From Myxococcales bacterium (lineage in GTDB: Bacteria; Myxococcota_A; Polyangia; Polyangiales; Polyangiaceae): a DNA stretch of 41,018 bases. The stretch lies in the NCBI GenBank assembly GCA_043747615.1, contig JAYTOU010000074.1, positions 1 to 41,018 on the forward strand, in the 5' to 3' direction. The notes below the pieces were generated by a model, which was given only the letters and a program-made list of their open reading frames with translations, was not told the origin of the DNA and searched no databases. The stretch's first letter is position 1, and every line of letters starts with the position of its first letter. Below are positions 36,575 to 41,018 of the stretch, piece by piece. The position numbers were made by a program, and so were the translations under genes.

Positions 36575-38085
36575 CCGATTTCACCGAGCTCGTAGATCTG
36601 GCCGCGGAACGTCTTGGCGGCGCGATTCTCACCGCGAACGACGAGTTCTTCGCCGAGAAAGAGAACCTTCTCAAGGCGGCAAAACCCGTCTTCATCGATG
36701 GCAAATACACCGACCGCGGAAAGTGGATGGACGGCTGGGAGACGCGCCGCCGCCGCACCGAAGGTCACGACTGGTGCATCGTGCGCCTTGGTCTGCCCGG
36801 GCGCGTTCGCGGAGTGGTGGTCGACACCGCCTTCTTCCGCGGCAACTTTCCGGATCATTGCTCGATCGAAGCGGCCTCGCTCTCCGGCCAACCGAGCATC
36901 GACGACCTTCTCGCCAGCACCACGAATTGGACGGAGATCCTCGCGAAATCAAAGCTCGAAGGTGACAGCGAGAATCGCTTCGAAATCGACCGTGACATTC
37001 GCGCGACGCATCTTCGCCTCCACATCTATCCCGACGGCGGCGTGGCCCGCTTGCGCGTTCACGGAGACGTGCTCCCCGATCCGCGGTGGATGGGGCGCGG
37101 AGGGGCTAGTGTCGATCTCGCAGCAGCGGAGCACGGCGGGCTCGTCCTTGCCTGCAACGACATGTTCTTCGGGTCGCGGCACAACCTGGTGATGCCTGGC
37201 CGCAGCCTGAACATGGGCGACGGTTGGGAGACGAAGCGAAGCCGCCGCCCAGGGCCCGATTGGGTCGTGGTGCGCCTCGCAGCCGAAGGGTCGTTGGATC
37301 GCGTCGAGATCGACACCAACCATTTTAAAGGAAATTTCCCGGAGAGCTGCGCGCTCCATGGCGTGCGAGGAGATGCTCCCCCGGGCGGCGGCGACGACCG
37401 CTGGGAAGAAATTCTTCCGCGCACGAAGCTCCAGGCCCACACTCGCCACTTCTTCGACAAGGAGCTCGTCTCACGCGGCCTCTTCACCGCCGTGCGAATG
37501 CGGATCTATCCGGATGGCGGAGTGAGCCGCCTTCGCCTTCACGGGGCAGTATCGCGCGAAGGTCGCGAAGCCCAGGTGCTCCGCCATCTGAACGTCGCCT
37601 CGCGCTCCGAGGTCGAAGCGGCGCTTCGCAGCTGCTGCGGGTCGACCGCCTGGCAGAAAAAAATGGCGGCATCGCGTCCGTTCACGGGGCTCGCGGCGCT
37701 GCAAAAGTTGGCTGCCGATGTCTGGCGCTCTCTTTCCAAAGAGGACTGGCTGGAAGCGTTTCGCGCCCACCCGCGCATCGGAGAGCAGCCTGCGCAGCGC
37801 CAGAGCGCGCTCGAGCACGACGGGCAAATGTGGGCGGCCGGAGAGCAGGCAAGAGTGAGCGACGCGAGCCAGGGGACGCGCGATGCGCTTGCCGAGGCGA
37901 ACCGCGCTTACGAAGCCAAGTTCGGACACATCTACATCGTGTGCGCGACGGGTAGGTCCGCCGAAGAGATGCTCGCCATCGCCAATGAGCGTTTAGTAGG
38001 CGATGCCGCGAGCGAGCTTGCTCGCGGTGCAGAGGAGCAGCGCAAGATCACGGATCTTCGGCTGGAGAAATGGATACGCCAATGA
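36571..38085 (+). CDS. alc: Allantoicase fused to C-terminal OHCU decarboxylase (UraD)
   Basis: Two allantoicase repeats (DGWETRRRR/DGWETKRSR, DTAFFRGN/DTNHFKGN, PDGGVARL/PDGGVSRL), then CCGS..W, AFRAHPRIGE, EQ, NRAYEAKFGHIYIVCATG, EQRKITDLRL; ATGA overlap with allB. Confidence 0.92.
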   Translation: MTDFTELVDLAAERLGGAILTANDEFFAEKENLLKAAKPVFIDGKYTDRGKWMDGWETRRRRTEGHDWCIVRLGLPGRVRGVVVDTAFFRGNFPDHCSIEAASLSGQPSIDDLLASTTNWTEILAKSKLEGDSENRFEIDRDIRATHLRLHIYPDGGVARLRVHGDVLPDPRWMGRGGASVDLAAAEHGGLVLACNDMFFGSRHNLVMPGRSLNMGDGWETKRSRRPGPDWVVVRLAAEGSLDRVEIDTNHFKGNFPESCALHGVRGDAPPGGGDDRWEEILPRTKLQAHTRHFFDKELVSRGLFTAVRMRIYPDGGVSRLRLHGAVSREGREAQVLRHLNVASRSEVEAALRSCCGSTAWQKKMAASRPFTGLAALQKLAADVWRSLSKEDWLEAFRAHPRIGEQPAQRQSALEHDGQMWAAGEQARVSDASQGTRDALAEANRAYEAKFGHIYIVCATGRSAEEMLAIANERLVGDAASELARGAEEQRKITDLRLEKWIRQ

Positions 38086-38420
38086 CGATCACCACCCACG
38101 TTCTCGACACTGCGTACGGACGGCCGGCCGCGGGAGTGCCTATTTTTCTCGAGCAGAAACACGCCGACGATTCCTGGACGGTGGTCGGTCGCGGAAAGAC
38201 GGACGGAGACGGGCGCCTACGCGATCTGATGAAGGACACCGCCCTCACGCCCGGCAACTACCGAATCACGTTCGAGACGGAAGTGTACTTCCGCGCGCTG
38301 GGCACCGAGGGATTTTACCCCGAGGTCAGCGTGGTCTTTGCGGTGCGCGACGCATCGACGCACTACCACGTGCCGCTCCTCTTGAGCCCGTACGGTTTCT
38401 CCACCTACCGAGGGAGCTGA
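38082..38420 (+). CDS. uraH: 5-hydroxyisourate hydrolase
   Basis: ITTHVLDT..GRPA, TDGDGR, HYHVPLLLSPYGFSTYRGS; ATGA overlap. Confidence 0.95.
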   Translation: MTITTHVLDTAYGRPAAGVPIFLEQKHADDSWTVVGRGKTDGDGRLRDLMKDTALTPGNYRITFETEVYFRALGTEGFYPEVSVVFAVRDASTHYHVPLLLSPYGFSTYRGS

Positions 38421-38424
38421 TCCC

Positions 38425-39627
38425 GTGGACCCGAACATCAAAGATTTACTCGATCTGATCCTGCGGTGGATGCACCTCATCGCCGGGATCATGTGGGTCG
38501 GGAACTCGATGCTCTTCAATTGGCTCGATCGCAACTTGGTTCCCAAAGAAGGAATCGACGGTGAGATCTGGATGGTCCACAGCGGCGGCTTCTACCAAGT
38601 GGAGAAGAAGCAGCTCGCTCCCTCGCAGATGCCGAAGACCCTCCACTGGTTCTACTGGCAATCGGGCATCACGTGGATGACGGGATTCTCGCTGCTCGGC
38701 GTCGTCTATTACATGGGCGCAGGCGGAGCGTACCTCCTCGACCCCAGCGTCTCGAATTGGACGGCGCGCGAAGCAACCATGCTCGGTGTCGGAGTGATCG
38801 TCGGCGCGTGGATTTTTTATGATCTCCTCTGGAAGTCACCGCTCGGAAAAATCAAAGACGGCGTGTTTGCCGTGGCGATCTCGTTTCTCGCGCTCGGGGC
38901 GATCGCCTACGGCCTCACGCACATCATGGCGGGTCGCGCGGCGTACATTCACGTGGGCGCGATGATGGGCACGTTGATGGCCGGCAACGTCTTCATGCAG
39001 ATCTTGCCGTCGCAGCGAAAGCTCGTCGCCGCCACCATCGCCGGTAAAGCGCAGGACAAGGCGGTGGCAGACGCAGCCAAGCAGCGCTCCATCCACAACA
39101 ACTACATGACGTTTCCGGTGCTCTTCATCATGTTGAGCAACCATTATCCGAGCACGTACGGAAGCGAGCTCAAGTGGATCATCCTCGGCGTGCTCATCTT
39201 TTCCGGCGCCGGAATTCGTCACTTCATGAACATCCGGTACAGCACCAGCAAGTGGGCTGCCGGGTTCGCGACCACTGCCACCGTAGGAGTGGCAACCCTC
39301 TTCCTGCTCATTTCTCATCAGCCCACCGCGAAGGCCAAGGCCGCTAATTTCGGTCCTGACCAAATTTCTTTCACGGCGGTCAACATCGTCATCGCCCAAC
39401 GCTGTCGTCCCTGCCACTCCGCTACGCCCACCGACGCGACCCTCACGGCGGCCCCCGCCGGCGTGATGTTCGACACCCCCGAGCAGATCAAGAAACACGC
39501 GGAGCGTATCAAGGCCCGCGCGGTGATTTCGAAGACCATGCCGCTCGGAAACAAGACCGGCATTTCTCAGGAGGAGCGCGATCTCCTCGGGCAATGGTTC
39601 GTGGAAGGCGCGAGCATCACGAAGTGA
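38425..39627 (+). CDS. puuD: Membrane urate oxidase/hydroxylase PuuD (DUF989 plus cytochrome c)
   Basis: RWMHLIAGIMWVG, WMVHSGGFY, LHWF, RSIHNNYMTFPVLFIMLSNHYP; C-terminal CRPCH and MPLGN. Confidence 0.9.
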   Translation: MDPNIKDLLDLILRWMHLIAGIMWVGNSMLFNWLDRNLVPKEGIDGEIWMVHSGGFYQVEKKQLAPSQMPKTLHWFYWQSGITWMTGFSLLGVVYYMGAGGAYLLDPSVSNWTAREATMLGVGVIVGAWIFYDLLWKSPLGKIKDGVFAVAISFLALGAIAYGLTHIMAGRAAYIHVGAMMGTLMAGNVFMQILPSQRKLVAATIAGKAQDKAVADAAKQRSIHNNYMTFPVLFIMLSNHYPSTYGSELKWIILGVLIFSGAGIRHFMNIRYSTSKWAAGFATTATVGVATLFLLISHQPTAKAKAANFGPDQISFTAVNIVIAQRCRPCHSATPTDATLTAAPAGVMFDTPEQIKKHAERIKARAVISKTMPLGNKTGISQEERDLLGQWFVEGASITK

Positions 39628-39648
39628 CGCCCTGCACGCTTTGAGCGT

Positions 39649-40944
39649 TCACGCGTGCCGGCGCTTTTCCATCATCTTGACGAAGGAGCGGCCGCGGATC
39701 TCGGCGAGGGTGAGGCCGGTGGCCAGGGCTTCGTCTTCGGTGATCGCTCCGCATGTGATGCCGCGGAGGAAAAAGTTGAGGAGGCCTTGCCCAGTGGCGG
39801 CGTCGTCGAACACGTCTCCAACCAGGGTGGCTTGGGCGGCCTTGGCGATGAAGTTCTTCAGGCGCTCGGAGGCCGGCGCGAGCCCCTCCAGAAAGAACGC
39901 ATAGACCGCGGCAAAACGTGAGGGAAGCTGCGCGGGGTGGAGATCCCAGCCCTGGTAGTAACCGGTCTCCAGGGAGTGCCGAACGTCACTTGCGTGTAGT
40001 CTCCACGCATCGTGAACGACGCTCGTCGGACCGATCGGCATGATGTTCGTCGCGCCGTCGGAGAGCAGGATGCCGGTGCCGCCGAGGGTGACCTGCATGA
40101 CGTTCTTCGCGAAATCGCACGCTGGGTGGGACATGCGCTGATGCGCGGCGGTGATCCCACAGCTCGCGGTGTAGTCGTACGTGCCCAGGTGCGCGCCCGT
40201 GCAGCGTCCTTTGGCCGCGTCGATCAAGAGGGGCATCGGCACGCTCCCCTTGGCGTCGAAGACGGCCTGGGTCTGCTCGATCATGATCTCGAAGGTGAGC
40301 GTGCCGAACGCGAGCCCGAGCTTCGGCTCGATGAGCCCGAGAATTTCGGTGAGGGCGGCGACCTGCTCCGCGTTCTGCACCTTGGGGAGCGTGATCACGA
40401 ACCCCGGTGGGATTTTTTTAGCCGTGGCCGCTAGGAGCTCGGTCAGGAAAATATCGAGGGTACGGAAGCCTCGCGCGAAGAGCTCTTCGGTGAAAGGCTT
40501 GATGCGAATTCCGATAAACGGCGGGAGCGTTCCTTCGGCGAATCCCTTGGCGACCTCACGAGCAGCGGCAACGGCGTGTCCGTCTTCTTCGGCGTCGGCG
40601 CGGCTTCCGTAGCCGTCCTCGAAATCGATTCGGTAGTCCTCGACCGGCTCGCGACGCAGCTTTTCGAGCACCCGCGCGTAGATGGTTTCGGCGTGCTCGG
40701 CCGGTAAATGCAGGGCTTTTGCGAAAGTGAACGCGTCCGGGGCGTGCGCGTCGAGGGAGGCAAGAGCGAGCTTGCCGAGGTGCGGAGCTGCATCGTGGCG
40801 AAAGAGATGCGCGCCGCCATACACGGTGTGGACGGGCTGCCTCACGCTCCTCTCGCCCGGGTAGCGCGCGGCGAAGGCGAGATTCGCATCCCGGAGGCGC
40901 ATACGTACGTCTCCGAGCGCGTCTTCCGCGAGCGTGGTTTTCAT
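39649..40944 (-). CDS. HpcH/HpaI aldolase / citrate-lyase-fold protein (DUF6986-like)
   Basis: RQPVHTVYGGAHLF, EPVEDYRIDFEDGYG, TLPKV, EIMIE, HLGTYDYTASCG, LSDGATN, QGWDLHPAQL. Confidence 0.7.
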   Translation of the reverse strand: MKTTLAEDALGDVRMRLRDANLAFAARYPGERSVRQPVHTVYGGAHLFRHDAAPHLGKLALASLDAHAPDAFTFAKALHLPAEHAETIYARVLEKLRREPVEDYRIDFEDGYGSRADAEEDGHAVAAAREVAKGFAEGTLPPFIGIRIKPFTEELFARGFRTLDIFLTELLAATAKKIPPGFVITLPKVQNAEQVAALTEILGLIEPKLGLAFGTLTFEIMIEQTQAVFDAKGSVPMPLLIDAAKGRCTGAHLGTYDYTASCGITAAHQRMSHPACDFAKNVMQVTLGGTGILLSDGATNIMPIGPTSVVHDAWRLHASDVRHSLETGYYQGWDLHPAQLPSRFAAVYAFFLEGLAPASERLKNFIAKAAQATLVGDVFDDAATGQGLLNFFLRGITCGAITEDEALATGLTLAEIRGRSFVKMMEKRRHA

Positions 40945-41018
40945 GAAGCCTCGATGGCCCGCTTGACCAGCGCCTTCGCGACATGGAGGCGGTACTCACC
41001 GGTGCTCCTCACGTCGTC
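40941..41018 (-). CDS. 3' end (partial) of a xanthine-dehydrogenase/CO-dehydrogenase-family FAD-binding subunit
   Basis: Minus strand translates DDVRSTGEYRLHVAKALVKRAIEAS*, matching the D.R.T..YR C-terminal flavoprotein motif; TGA overlaps the next ATG. Confidence 0.7.
   Translation of the reverse strand, partial: DDVRSTGEYRLHVAKALVKRAIEAS

Noticed and set aside
1..41018. CRISPR arrays, tRNA/rRNA, IS elements, prophage or anti-phage defence genes
   Set aside because: No periodic repeats, transposase/integrase motifs or evident compositional islands were seen

Overview
GC-rich bacterial chromosomal DNA with about 32 complete CDSs plus one partial at the right edge. Gene content suggests a myxobacterium, probably Polyangiaceae-like (inference from Hanks-type kinases, an FHA-GGDEF protein, a standalone PilZ protein and Cys-rich lipoproteins). 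No rRNA, tRNA, CRISPR array or mobile element was recognised. Blocks in order: (1) fabI, a beta-carbonic-anhydrase-like gene, trmO, a Ser/Thr kinase and a membrane adenylate cyclase; (2) a YbjN-like gene, a beta-barrel protein translationally coupled to a 13-heme c-type cytochrome lipoprotein, a small protein and an Ig-like/CX4CH cytochrome-like lipoprotein; (3) FHA-GGDEF, Tat-exported DUF362, a small beta protein plus ComEA; (4) glmU-murA-hisG; (5) a 1363-aa Cys-rich lipoprotein plus a FadL-family channel; (6) TetR-TolC-MFP-RND efflux; (7) MltD-like lytic transglycosylase, VanW, kinase, PilZ; (8) purine/urate catabolism (allB, allantoicase-OHCU decarboxylase fusion, uraH, puuD) converging on a xanthine-dehydrogenase FAD-subunit fragment coupled to an aldolase/citrate-lyase-fold enzyme. 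The best candidate for an undescribed system is the porin/13-heme cytochrome module at 6323-10649. All family calls come from motif recognition by eye, without database searches.
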